From: an uncultured Holophagales bacterium
GTDB taxonomy: Bacteria > Acidobacteriota > Thermoanaerobaculia > Multivoradales > UBA5704
Length of the DNA stretch: 64,000 nt
Assembly: GCA_963842525.1 (NCBI GenBank)
Contig: CAWJGT010000003.1
Location: 864,001-928,000, forward strand
Direction of reading: 5' to 3'
Part shown: piece by piece, positions 42,474 through 51,102 of the stretch
Layout of the letters: each line of letters starts with the position of its first letter
Position numbering within the stretch: position 1 is the first letter of the stretch
Notes under the pieces: model-generated
Told to the model about the DNA's origin: nothing
What the model saw: only the letters and a program-made list of their open reading frames with translations
Database searches by the model: none
Position numbers and translations under genes: made by a program

Positions 42474-43021
42474 ATGAGAAACCGGCTCCGTCTGGGTCTC
42501 GGCCGGACTCTCCTGGCTCTTCTCTCGGGGCTCTGCCTCGTGCCGGCGGCGGCCGACGAGCCAAGCCGTTGGCGCGACCGGATCACCGAGGAGCAGGGGA
42601 TCGACTACCGGGGTGGCGATTACCATTCGTTCCGCGCTCGCAATGTGAGCGCCTGCAGGTCCGCGTGCCGGCGGGACGACCGCTGCCGGGCCTACACGCA
42701 CAACCTGGAGACCGACACCTGCTACCTCAAGGACCGGCTCGGCAGCCCAGAGGGTCGGCGGAGCACGGTCAGCGGGGTCAAGGAGGAGCGGGGATGGTCC
42801 GGCGTCGGGCCTCACCGAGAAGACGGGGCGTCGATTACAGGGGCGGCGACTACGACTCCTTCCGCACGCGCAGCCTCTCTGCCTGCAATCGGCCTGTGGG
42901 CGGGACGGCCGGTGCCGGGCCTATACCCATAACGAAAAGACCGATACCTGCTACCTGAAAGGCCGGATCGGCGATTCCCAGAAACCGGCGTGAAACCACG
43001 AGCGGTGTCAAGACGCGGCGG
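42474..43021 (+). CDS. Secreted tandem PAN/apple-domain protein (frameshifted)
   Basis: Signal peptide; two copies of DYRGGDY.SFR...C...C....C.AYTHN..TDTCYLK. Confidence 0.7.
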
Positions 43022-44641
43022 TTGAGCCGGCCGGTCCCGCGGCTCCGGTTCGACGAGGCGAGCCGGCCGGGGACGCTCTCCGCGAGCTTTTCACGCGCGG
43101 TGTGGCGCGGTTTGCCCGCGGCATTGCTCGCCACGGTGGTCCTGGCCGTCTATGCACCCACCGTGCGCAACGGCTTCGTGTCGGACGACTACCTGTTCCT
43201 GCAGATGGCCGCCACCGGCCCGGGGAGCGTGCTGGCCTACCACGGCGGCTATCACTACTACCCGCTCGGCATGGGCCTGTTCTTCCTCCAGTACGAGCTC
43301 TGGGGGTTCGATCCGTCGTGGTTCCACGGGGTGGCGATCGCCCTCCATTTCGCGGCCTCGCTGCTGGTCGTCCGGCTCGGGCGCGCCCTCGGGCTGCCGG
43401 CCGCGGTGTCCTGGGCGGCCGCCTTCCTCTTCGCCACCAACGGCCTGATCCACGAAGTCCCCTTGTGGGCCATCGGGGTCCTGTATTCGCTGTCGACCTG
43501 CCTCTGCCTCGCCGCTCTCCTGGCCTGGCTCGATCACGTGCGGACCTCCCGGTGGCGGTCCCAGGCCGTCTTTCTGATGCTTTTCGCCGCGGCCCTGCTC
43601 GCGCACGAGCAGTCCATCACCCTCCTCGCGGTGTGCGGGCTCGCCGCGGCCCTGGTGGCGGGGCGGCCGGAGCCCCTCGCTCGGCGCGCCAGGGAGCTGC
43701 TCCCGGCAGCCGTCCTCGTCGCCGGCTACCTGGGGCTCAAGCTGGCGCTCAGCGACGGCACCGACCTCACGCCGGGCCTCGCGGAGGGCCTCGCGAGCCG
43801 GGCCGGCCCCTTTGCGCTGCACCTGCTGCGGGTCACGGTGCCGAACCTCCCCAAGGCGTGGGCCTGGCAGATCCTCAGCCCGCCGCTGCCGGCCTTGGCG
43901 GCAAACCTCTGCCGCGCGGCGCTGGTCGCCGCGGCCGTGCTGGCCTTCCTGCGCCTGGCGCCGCGCCTCCAGCTCCTGGCGCTGTGGACAGCCCTCCACG
44001 TGGGTGTGATGGTCCTCGCGATCGGCATGGCCTCCCGCCATTACTACCTGCCCCTGGCCCCGGCCTCTCTGCTCGTGGCGAGCCTCCTCGCCCTCCTGGC
44101 CGGGAAGCTCGCCGGGCGCCGCAGCGAGGGGCCCCGCCGGTGGATGCTGCCCCTGCTGGTTGCTCCTCTGGTGGTCGCCGGCCTGGCGACCCTGAGCTTC
44201 CGCAAGGAGGTCTGGGCCGAAGCCGCGGCCCTGGGCCAGGACCTCCTCCGCCAGGTGGCCGCGGCGCAACAGGAAGCCCCGGCGGCCAGGGCCCTCTACG
44301 TCGTCGACCTGCCGGACGGCCTGCCCCTGGGCGAATCGGATCCTGCCTATGTCTTCCGGATCGGGTTCGAAGCTGCGCTGCACCTGCGGCAGATCGGGCC
44401 TTTCCAGGCGATTACGCGCCTGCACGGAGATCCCCTGGCGCCCTGGACGGAGCCGTTCGGCAGGCCGGCCACGGACGGCGAGATCCAGGCGCTCGCGGCG
44501 GATCCGGCGAACCTCGTCCTGCGCTACGATGCCGCGATGCAGCGTTTCCGGCGCGTGACGGAGACCGGCTCGCTCGCACCCGGCTCGCCGCACTCATCTG
44601 ATAGGAGCCCCTTTGCTCCGAGGAGGAAGACGAATGCGTAG
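43022..44641 (+). CDS. GT-C fold membrane glycosyltransferase-like protein
   Basis: FVSDDY, Y.PL, HEV..W, HEQ pattern; many TM helices. Confidence 0.7.
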   Translation: MSRPVPRLRFDEASRPGTLSASFSRAVWRGLPAALLATVVLAVYAPTVRNGFVSDDYLFLQMAATGPGSVLAYHGGYHYYPLGMGLFFLQYELWGFDPSWFHGVAIALHFAASLLVVRLGRALGLPAAVSWAAAFLFATNGLIHEVPLWAIGVLYSLSTCLCLAALLAWLDHVRTSRWRSQAVFLMLFAAALLAHEQSITLLAVCGLAAALVAGRPEPLARRARELLPAAVLVAGYLGLKLALSDGTDLTPGLAEGLASRAGPFALHLLRVTVPNLPKAWAWQILSPPLPALAANLCRAALVAAAVLAFLRLAPRLQLLALWTALHVGVMVLAIGMASRHYYLPLAPASLLVASLLALLAGKLAGRRSEGPRRWMLPLLVAPLVVAGLATLSFRKEVWAEAAALGQDLLRQVAAAQQEAPAARALYVVDLPDGLPLGESDPAYVFRIGFEAALHLRQIGPFQAITRLHGDPLAPWTEPFGRPATDGEIQALAADPANLVLRYDAAMQRFRRVTETGSLAPGSPHSSDRSPFAPRRKTNA

Positions 44642-45614
44642 ATCTCTTGTGTCCCTGGCGCTGTTGGCAGTCCTCGGAGTCCTTCCCGCGGAGGCCAAGG
44701 TTACGCGCTACCTGACGGGCAATGCGGCGGACGTGGCGGTCTCGCTGGCCGGTCCGGCCCACGATTTCGGCGGCGGCAGCACGGACGTCGACGCGGCGCT
44801 CCAGTGGATCATCGACCAGGTGCGGGGCTGCACGAGCTGCTCGACCAAGATCGACGTCGTGATCCTGCGGTCGTCGGGGTCCAACGGATACAACGACTAC
44901 ATCTATGCCATGAACGGCGTGGACTCCGTCGAGACGCTGGTCATCACGAAAGCCAGCGACTCGAACACGGCCGCGGTCGAGACCACGGTCAAGAACGCCG
45001 AGGTGGTTTTCTTCGCCGGCGGCGACCAATGCGACTATGTAAAGTTCTTCAAGGGGACCAAGGTGGAGACCGCCGTCGAATCCGTCTATGCCAGAGGCGG
45101 CGGGGTCGGCGGCACCAGTGCTGGGACAGCGATCCTGGGCGACTTCAACTACGACGGCTGCAGCGGGAGCGCGGTCTCCAGCAACGCGCTGGCCAACCCC
45201 TACCACCGCACCGTCACCTTCACCTACGACTTCTTCCACTGGGCCAACCTGGAGCGGACCATCACCGACAGCCACTTTGCACAGCGCGACCGGATGGGCC
45301 GCACCCTCGCCTTCCTCGCCCGCCAGATCCAGGACGGCAAGGCGCCGACCGCGCTCTCGATCGCCGTCAACGAGGTGACCTCGGTGGTGGTGGACCGCAA
45401 CGGCCTTGCCACCGTGATGGGCGACGGCCCGGCCTATTTCATCCTGGCCGACCACGCGCCCGAGGTCTGCCAGTCCGGCGTGCCGCTGACCTATTCGAAC
45501 TACAAGATCTGGAGGGTCAACACCGGTGGCACCTTCGACCTGCGCAACCGGCCGACGACCGGCTATTACCTGCGCAGCGTCAACAACGGGGTGATCGACC
45601 AGAATCCGTATTGA
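44634..45614 (+). CDS. Secreted cyanophycinase-like S51 peptidase
   Basis: Signal peptide; FFAGGDQ, GGTSAG, TDSHFAQRDRMGR. Confidence 0.85.
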   Translation: MRRSLVSLALLAVLGVLPAEAKVTRYLTGNAADVAVSLAGPAHDFGGGSTDVDAALQWIIDQVRGCTSCSTKIDVVILRSSGSNGYNDYIYAMNGVDSVETLVITKASDSNTAAVETTVKNAEVVFFAGGDQCDYVKFFKGTKVETAVESVYARGGGVGGTSAGTAILGDFNYDGCSGSAVSSNALANPYHRTVTFTYDFFHWANLERTITDSHFAQRDRMGRTLAFLARQIQDGKAPTALSIAVNEVTSVVVDRNGLATVMGDGPAYFILADHAPEVCQSGVPLTYSNYKIWRVNTGGTFDLRNRPTTGYYLRSVNNGVIDQNPY

Positions 45615-45651
45615 AGCCGGAGGATTTCATATTGGGCGCGGGCGGGGGGCG

Positions 45652-45763
45652 CCTGGGACCGCGGGCGTCCCGCCCGCGCAGACTCTCATCGACCGCGGCA
45701 TTGCCGCCATTCCAACGTAGGCCCGAGCGTGGGGAGGGCGGGCGGGACGCCCGCGGTCCCAGG
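45652..45763. repeat. REP-like perfect 26-bp inverted repeat between convergent genes
   Basis: CCTGGGACCGCGGGCGTCCCGCCCGC (45652-45677) and its exact reverse complement (45738-45763). Confidence 0.88.
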
Positions 45764-45798
45764 GAGAACTGAGAGGCGGCCGGCGGCGTTCCGGCGGG

Positions 45799-46833
45799 TC
45801 ATCGCGGCTCCTGCCTCCGTAGCGCTGCGATCAGACTGGCCGCGGCCTCGGCGAGAGGTTGCTTTCCATCGACGTACGGGCGCCAGTTTTTCTCGAGCGC
45901 TTCGCGATAGCTCGCCCAGGTGTTGTTGCGGTCAAAAATCTCGTACACCATGGGTGTGTATCCCGGCTGACCGCGTTCGTCCAGGAGACGGCGCACGGCC
46001 TCGCCGGTGGTGTAGAACTGGACCACGTGCCACAGATCGTTCGGGAGCTGGAAATCGACGGCTTTCGCCGCGCTCTCGAGAGCCTCCCGTACAGGGTCTC
46101 CGCGATCCATGAGGATATGGGACGCCTCGTGAAAAATGAGCTCGAAGGCGGCAGCGCCTTGTGGCGAGCTTGAGATCAGGACGTCTCCCTGACCGGAATT
46201 CGACCAGGACGTGTTGGCTCCGCTCCAGTCCACGGTCTCCACGACGTCCACCAGGACCGGCAAGGTTTTCCATCGCTTCTGATAGAGCTCCTCGAGACGG
46301 AGAGCGATCCTCTCCTCATCCGCGGCCAATCTCGGTTGCAGCTCCGCGATCCAGCGCCGGTTCTTTTCGTCCTGCTCTGTCCAACGGCAGGCTTTGTACG
46401 CCGGCGTCGCCACTGCCCTGAAGCTCCGGGCCATTTCGACGAACTCCGTACCTCCAGCGGCTTGCCATTCGGCGTCGAAGCCGACGAGCTGCATCCGGAG
46501 CAGATACTGTTGGCGGTCATTCCATTCGACCGGTGAGATGATCTTCGCGTAGTAGTCGACCGCACCATCCCACGCGGCGCGCTTTGACGGAGCCAGTTTG
46601 TCGAAGCAGGACGCTTCGGCACCGGAGTGGAACAGCTCCGGCTTGCTGTTCTTGCGCGCCAGGCCTGCAGCGACCAACGCGTCATTCAGGTTGGTGTCGA
46701 AGTCACTGTACATGGCGAAATGAGGCGTCGTGACGACCGGCGTCCGCTGCTCCGTCTGGCCGGGGCCTGCATTGAGCAGTGAGAGCAGGATCCAGCACCC
46801 GAGGGTGACATGCGCGTTCAGGGGGCTTTTCAT
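45799..46833 (-). CDS. Exported hypothetical protein, possible Zn metallopeptidase
   Basis: Signal-like N-terminus; LIFHEASH (HExxH). Confidence 0.6.
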   Translation of the reverse strand: MKSPLNAHVTLGCWILLSLLNAGPGQTEQRTPVVTTPHFAMYSDFDTNLNDALVAAGLARKNSKPELFHSGAEASCFDKLAPSKRAAWDGAVDYYAKIISPVEWNDRQQYLLRMQLVGFDAEWQAAGGTEFVEMARSFRAVATPAYKACRWTEQDEKNRRWIAELQPRLAADEERIALRLEELYQKRWKTLPVLVDVVETVDWSGANTSWSNSGQGDVLISSSPQGAAAFELIFHEASHILMDRGDPVREALESAAKAVDFQLPNDLWHVVQFYTTGEAVRRLLDERGQPGYTPMVYEIFDRNNTWASYREALEKNWRPYVDGKQPLAEAAASLIAALRRQEPR

Positions 46834-47099
46834 TCTCGCATTCTCCGAAGTTGCTCGTTCCAGTCGGTCATGATAGCCGTTTGCAGGCGGCTGGAAAAAA
46901 CGGGCGTGGCTTGGGCGACCACGCCCGGAAAACACGCGGGGTGCCTCCTTGTCTTTGCTTCAATTTTCAAAGAACACGCCTCTCCCCCTGCTGTTTCCTC
47001 GAGAGGACGATGGATCATGGCATGCCTGGAACGCTGCGTCAATACCACGATGACTACATCGTGTCCTCCAGGGTGTCGAAAAGGCCGACCTGTACGCGT

Positions 47100-47430
47100 A
47101 TCGAGTGAGTTGGATGCTTATCGGGTGACCCGGGATCGATCCAGGTCCTTCCGGATGCGTCCGGTGGAACCGCGATCGTCCCAGACCGGTCCGAATGACG
47201 ATCGGGTGAGGCTGGATCGATCCAGGGAGCCCGGAGTGCCTGTCGGGTGAGCGCCGATCCATCCCGGCGGACCTGGATGCGTAGCAGACGGCCTGGATGC
47301 TTTTCGGAGACTGTGGGGCGATCCGGGACCTTCCGGATCGATCCACGGCGGCCTGAGGTCGATCGCGGCGGGGCTGAATGCCTATCGGGTATCTCTGTCT
47401 CGCTGCGGATGACTCTGGATCGATCCAGGT
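47100..47430. repeat. Degenerate array containing four GGATCGATCC palindromes
   Basis: Copies at 47133, 47214, 47335 and 47417. Confidence 0.65.
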
Positions 47431-49004
47431 GTCACCCAACGCAACGTAAACGGCCCGAGCTCGCGCGTCGTGCTCTCGACCGGGAACCTGCCTACCGTGG
47501 CCTGGACGCGCGAACGCTCGTAGCCCAGGCGGCGGAGGAACTTCCAGGGGTTCTTGTCGGGCGGCGTGTCATAGAGGTCGACAAGGGCGACCGGCCGGCC
47601 GGCGGTGAGGCAGGCCTCGATCTCCGTGGACAGGGCCTTCATCCCGTCATCGACCGGCAGGTCGACGGACAGGCTGGTGAGCGCGAGCCGCCGGACGCCC
47701 CGCTCTTCGAGAGCGGAGAGGGTCAGCAGCGACTGGAGGTCTTCGTAGCCGGGGTAGACCACCAGGCAGGCGCTGCCGAGCTCGCGGCGCAGAAGCGCGA
47801 CCCGTTCTTCGCGGGGATAGAAGATGCGGCGTGCGCCGAGGTCGTAGAGGTTCCAGAGCAGGGCGAGGCCGCTCAGCACGAGCATGGCCCGGGCTCTGCG
47901 TCCTTGGAGGGGGATGCGGGCGGCCAGGACTCCGAAGACCACCGCGAGCTGGATGTAGAACTGGTCATCTGAGTTATCCCACCAGAAGCCGAAGGCGAGG
48001 ACCGCGGTGAGCCAGGCGCCGGAGAGGATCGCTATGGTCCGGTCGCGCCGGCAGGTCCAGGCCGCCCAGAGCATGACCGTACTGGCGGCGGCAAAGGCGA
48101 GGAGACGTGGGATGACGGTCCACAGAGGCTGCCCGTCCCGGATCGCCGCCACCGCGGGAGACAGGTCCACCAGCGCGCTTGCGGCACCGTAGAGAGCTCG
48201 GGCCGCGGCCCATGCGATCCCGGTCAGGGTGGGCTCCAGGCCGTAGGCGATCGTGACGCGTGGAGATGGATCGCCGCCGCCGTAGCGGGTCATCCACTCC
48301 AGGAATCCCTGGGACGGCCGGGCGAGGAGCCAGGCGGCTGAGAAGAGGAGGCTTGCCGTCCCCGCCGCTCCGACCAGGAAGCCGGCGGCGGTCCGCGCCC
48401 GCTCCTGACTGCGCGGCAGGCCAAGGCCGCCCAAGGCCAACGCAAGGGCCGGGGCGAGGAGGAGGTTCGAGACGAAAAACGCGGACGCGAGAGCCACCGC
48501 GGCGCCCGCCGCCAGGGCGCGGGGGAACGTCGGGCGCTCCAGGCACCGCAGGGCGAGGAGGGCGGCCAGGATCACGGCGGGCATCTGGATGATGTGGATC
48601 TCGTCGGAGACCCAGAGCCGGGAGAATGCCGAGCTGAAGGCCAGCCAGGCGGTCGCATGGTTGGCGGCGAGGCGGCTCCGCGCCAGCCGGGGAGCCACGC
48701 CGCCGCGGAAGAGCGCTACGGCGAGGGCTCCCGCCAGGACGCTCAGCCGCTTGAGCTGGTCGACGGCCTGCTCCCGCGATGCGGGCCCCAGGGGCCCCTG
48801 CCACCAGGTGCCGAGCGGCTCGAAGACGAGATGGTTGGGGTTGAGGCGCCAGCTCCCGGCGGCGAACCGGGCGCTCTGCCCGATGCCGTCCGCCGAGACG
48901 TAGCCGATCGGCACCGCCGACAGGACGAGGATCGGGATGGCGAGCCAGAGCACGGCGTCCCGCAGGTCCGCGGTGAGGAGGTTCCGCAAGGGCCGCAGGG
49001 GCAT
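47382..49004 (-). CDS. Polytopic membrane protein (GT-C-like)
   Basis: SADG, NPNHL, many TM segments; coupled downstream of rex. Confidence 0.6.
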   Translation of the reverse strand: MPLRPLRNLLTADLRDAVLWLAIPILVLSAVPIGYVSADGIGQSARFAAGSWRLNPNHLVFEPLGTWWQGPLGPASREQAVDQLKRLSVLAGALAVALFRGGVAPRLARSRLAANHATAWLAFSSAFSRLWVSDEIHIIQMPAVILAALLALRCLERPTFPRALAAGAAVALASAFFVSNLLLAPALALALGGLGLPRSQERARTAAGFLVGAAGTASLLFSAAWLLARPSQGFLEWMTRYGGGDPSPRVTIAYGLEPTLTGIAWAAARALYGAASALVDLSPAVAAIRDGQPLWTVIPRLLAFAAASTVMLWAAWTCRRDRTIAILSGAWLTAVLAFGFWWDNSDDQFYIQLAVVFGVLAARIPLQGRRARAMLVLSGLALLWNLYDLGARRIFYPREERVALLRRELGSACLVVYPGYEDLQSLLTLSALEERGVRRLALTSLSVDLPVDDGMKALSTEIEACLTAGRPVALVDLYDTPPDKNPWKFLRRLGYERSRVQATVGRFPVESTTRELGPFTLRWVTPGSIQSHPQRDRDTR

Positions 49005-49006
49005 GG

Positions 49007-49633
49007 TCACCCCCGCAGGAAGAACGCCAGCTCCTCGAGATCGATGCGCAGGTCGACGTTCTTCAAGGGAACGCCAGCGCGGCGCTTGACGCGGACCGGG
49101 GCGAAGTTGAGAACCGCCCGGACGCCCGCCTGGGCCAGGGCGTCATAGTTCTCCTGGGCCGCTTCGGCGGGGATGGCGAGCACGCCGATCTCGACGCCGG
49201 ACTCGCGCACGATCGCCGGGAGGTCACCAGGCGGACGGATGGTGAGCTGGCCGACCTTGCGGCCGATCTTCGCGGGGTCGTTGTCCACGCCGGCCACGAC
49301 ATGGAAGGCCCCATAGTTGAAGCCGAGATACTGTGCGAGGGCGCTGCCCAGGTTGCCCATGCCGACGATGACCAGGGCGTGCGCCCGGTCGAGGCCGAGC
49401 AGCGCGTTCAGGTGGGCGGCCAGCTCTTCGACCTCGTAGCCGACCCCGCGGATGCCGAACTCGCCGAACTGCGCCAGGTCCTTGCGGATCTGTGTGGCCG
49501 AGAGGTGATACCGGTGTGCCATCTCCTGCGAGGAGACGCGCCGCACCCCCAGCTCCTGCAGGTGGCGCAGGCAGCGCAGGTAGAAGGAGAGCCGGTTCAG
49601 GGTGAGAGGAGAGACCTCCTCCGTGTCGGTCAC
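49007..49633 (-). CDS. rex: Redox-sensing transcriptional repressor Rex
   Basis: RLSFYLRCL, QIRKDLAQFGEFGIRGVGY, VGMGNLGSAL, LNFAP; GTG start overlaps the nuoN stop. Confidence 0.95.
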   Translation of the reverse strand: MTDTEEVSPLTLNRLSFYLRCLRHLQELGVRRVSSQEMAHRYHLSATQIRKDLAQFGEFGIRGVGYEVEELAAHLNALLGLDRAHALVIVGMGNLGSALAQYLGFNYGAFHVVAGVDNDPAKIGRKVGQLTIRPPGDLPAIVRESGVEIGVLAIPAEAAQENYDALAQAGVRAVLNFAPVRVKRRAGVPLKNVDLRIDLEELAFFLRG

Positions 49634-51102
49634 CGGGCTTTGGTCGTATCGAGAAGCCACTGCAGGATCCCGCTGGGCCAGATGCCGAGCACCAGGGTGC
49701 CCAGAGCCGCCAGCACGACGGCGGCACGGCCCCAGAAATCGATCAGCAAGCCTTCCGGCGTCCGCTCCTCCGGCTGCATGTACAGCACATAGACGATGCG
49801 CAGGTAGTAGAAGACACCGATCAGGCTGGCCAGCACGCCCAGCACGGCGAGGCCGATCAGCCCGTCGCCGACCGCGTCCAGGAAGACCACGTACTTGCCG
49901 ATGAACCCCATGGTCGGCGGGATGCCGCCGAGCGAGAGCATGCAGACCGCCAGGCCTGCGCTCAGCAGCGGGAAGCGATATCCCCATCCCGAGAGGTCGG
50001 AGATCAGGTGCTGCTCCCCGGGCCGGTTGTAGAGCATCGCCACCACCGCGAAGGCGCCGGCATTCATCAGCGTGTAGGCGATCAGATAGACGATGACCGG
50101 CGCCAGCGACTCCCGTTTGAGGACCACCAGGGCCAGCAGCAGGTAGCCCATGTGCGCGATGCCGGAGTAGGCGAGCATCCGCTTGATGTCCCGCTGCACC
50201 AGCGCCAGCAGGTTGCCGACCAGCATGGAGAGGACCGCGAGGAAGGCCACCACGCCCGACCACTTGACCGCGGCCCCGCTTGCCGGCGGCGCGCCGGAGA
50301 CCACGGCGTCGAGCACACGGTAGAGCACCAGCGCGCTCGCCACCTTGGGCGCCACCGAAAGGAAGGCGACAAACGGCGAGGGCGCCCCCTGGTAGGTGTC
50401 CGGCGACCAGGCGTGGAACGGCACCACGCTCATCTTGAAGCCGAAGCCGGCGACCAGCAGCAGGACCCCCAGGCTGAACGTCACCGGCACCTGCGACATC
50501 CCGGACAGCGCCTGGCCGATCTCCGCGAGCCGGGTGCTCCCGGTGGCGCCGAAGACCAGGGCGATGCCGTAGAGCACGAAGGCGCTCACGAACGCGCCCA
50601 TCAGGAAGTACTTGATCGCAGCCTCGGCCGCCACCGCGACCCGGCGGTGGAAGACGGCGAGCGAATAGAGGCAGAGCGACAGCAGCTCCAGCGACAGGAA
50701 GACCGTCAGCAGCTCGGTCGCCCGCAGCATCAGCAGGAGCCCGGTGGCGCACCAGAGGAGGAGCGCGTGGTATTCGCCGGCGAGGATCCCCTCGCGCCGC
50801 AGGTACCCTTGGGAGGCGAGCAGGCAGAGGCCGGTCGCCAGCAGGATCACGAGCGACAGCGCATAGGTGACGCCGCTCGTCTCGAGCAGGCCGTTGCAGG
50901 TCAAGGCGGTACCGGCGAGACCGCCGGGCACGACGCTCCAGGCGTACCAGGCCCCCCAGGCGGCGGCAGCGGTCACCAGGAGCCCGATCGCCGTGAACGC
51001 CCGCCGCAGGCCCGGCGCGACGGCCTCCGCCAGGAGCAGCAGGATGCCCCCGCCGGTGAGGATCATTTCCGGGAGGAGGCTGATGAGGTCCGCGCGGCTC
51101 AT
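49630..51102 (-). CDS. nuoN: NADH-quinone oxidoreductase subunit N
   Basis: EAAIKYF, FKMSVVPFHAWSPDTYQGAP, KRMLAYSGIAH. Confidence 0.95.
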   Translation of the reverse strand: MSRADLISLLPEMILTGGGILLLLAEAVAPGLRRAFTAIGLLVTAAAAWGAWYAWSVVPGGLAGTALTCNGLLETSGVTYALSLVILLATGLCLLASQGYLRREGILAGEYHALLLWCATGLLLMLRATELLTVFLSLELLSLCLYSLAVFHRRVAVAAEAAIKYFLMGAFVSAFVLYGIALVFGATGSTRLAEIGQALSGMSQVPVTFSLGVLLLVAGFGFKMSVVPFHAWSPDTYQGAPSPFVAFLSVAPKVASALVLYRVLDAVVSGAPPASGAAVKWSGVVAFLAVLSMLVGNLLALVQRDIKRMLAYSGIAHMGYLLLALVVLKRESLAPVIVYLIAYTLMNAGAFAVVAMLYNRPGEQHLISDLSGWGYRFPLLSAGLAVCMLSLGGIPPTMGFIGKYVVFLDAVGDGLIGLAVLGVLASLIGVFYYLRIVYVLYMQPEERTPEGLLIDFWGRAAVVLAALGTLVLGIWPSGILQWLLDTTKAR

